From: Scyliorhinus canicula
Taxonomy: Eukaryota
Direction of reading: 5' to 3'
Assembly (NCBI RefSeq): GCF_902713615.1
Contig: NC_052153.1
Location: 135,821,879-135,885,878 of the forward strand
Length of the DNA stretch: 64,000 nt
Part shown: piece after piece, positions 63,989-64,000 of the stretch
How positions within the stretch are numbered: the first letter of the stretch is position 1
How the letters are laid out: each line of letters begins with the position of its first letter
Program-made: the position numbers and the translations under genes
The notes under the pieces: model-generated
The model's input: the letters and a program-made list of their open reading frames with translations, nothing else
Told to the model about the DNA's origin: nothing
The model's database searches: none

Positions 63989-64000
63989 TATGGCCTTGTT

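Noticed and set aside
41301-64000. Next upstream ADGRV1 exon (SKSTQNL...MEE-like)
   Set aside because: Not found on the minus strand by eye; it probably lies beyond the window.

Overview
Vertebrate genomic DNA from a cartilaginous fish, inferred from HE1/V-SINE-type SINEs, HER1-like CR1 LINEs and GC-rich Harbinger MITEs typical of catshark-like genomes. The only host coding sequence I can support is the 3' end of ADGRV1 (VLGR1/GPR98) on the minus strand: the penultimate exon (41123-41300) and the last exon (34570-34688, ending ...[14 protein letters not shown]), with a 3' UTR and poly(A) signals near 34240-34290. Everything above 41300 is intron. The rest is a dense, nested set of transposable elements: CR1, Rex1/Babar, L1, Tx1 and RTE-like LINE fragments; Gypsy remnants and three solo LTRs; a decayed two-gene Harbinger; a Tigger/pogo-like MITE; and many SINEs. 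Almost all ORFs in the track are TE fragments or chance. I found no convincing new multi-gene system. The most notable signals are mechanistic: a Harbinger MITE that carries, and apparently inserted into, its own preferred target site; one SINE head paired with three different 3' tails; a composite SINE carrying foreign DNA inside one TSD; and a 105-bp locally templated insertion. TE family names come from motif recognition, not database searches, and TE boundaries without a stated TSD are approximate.
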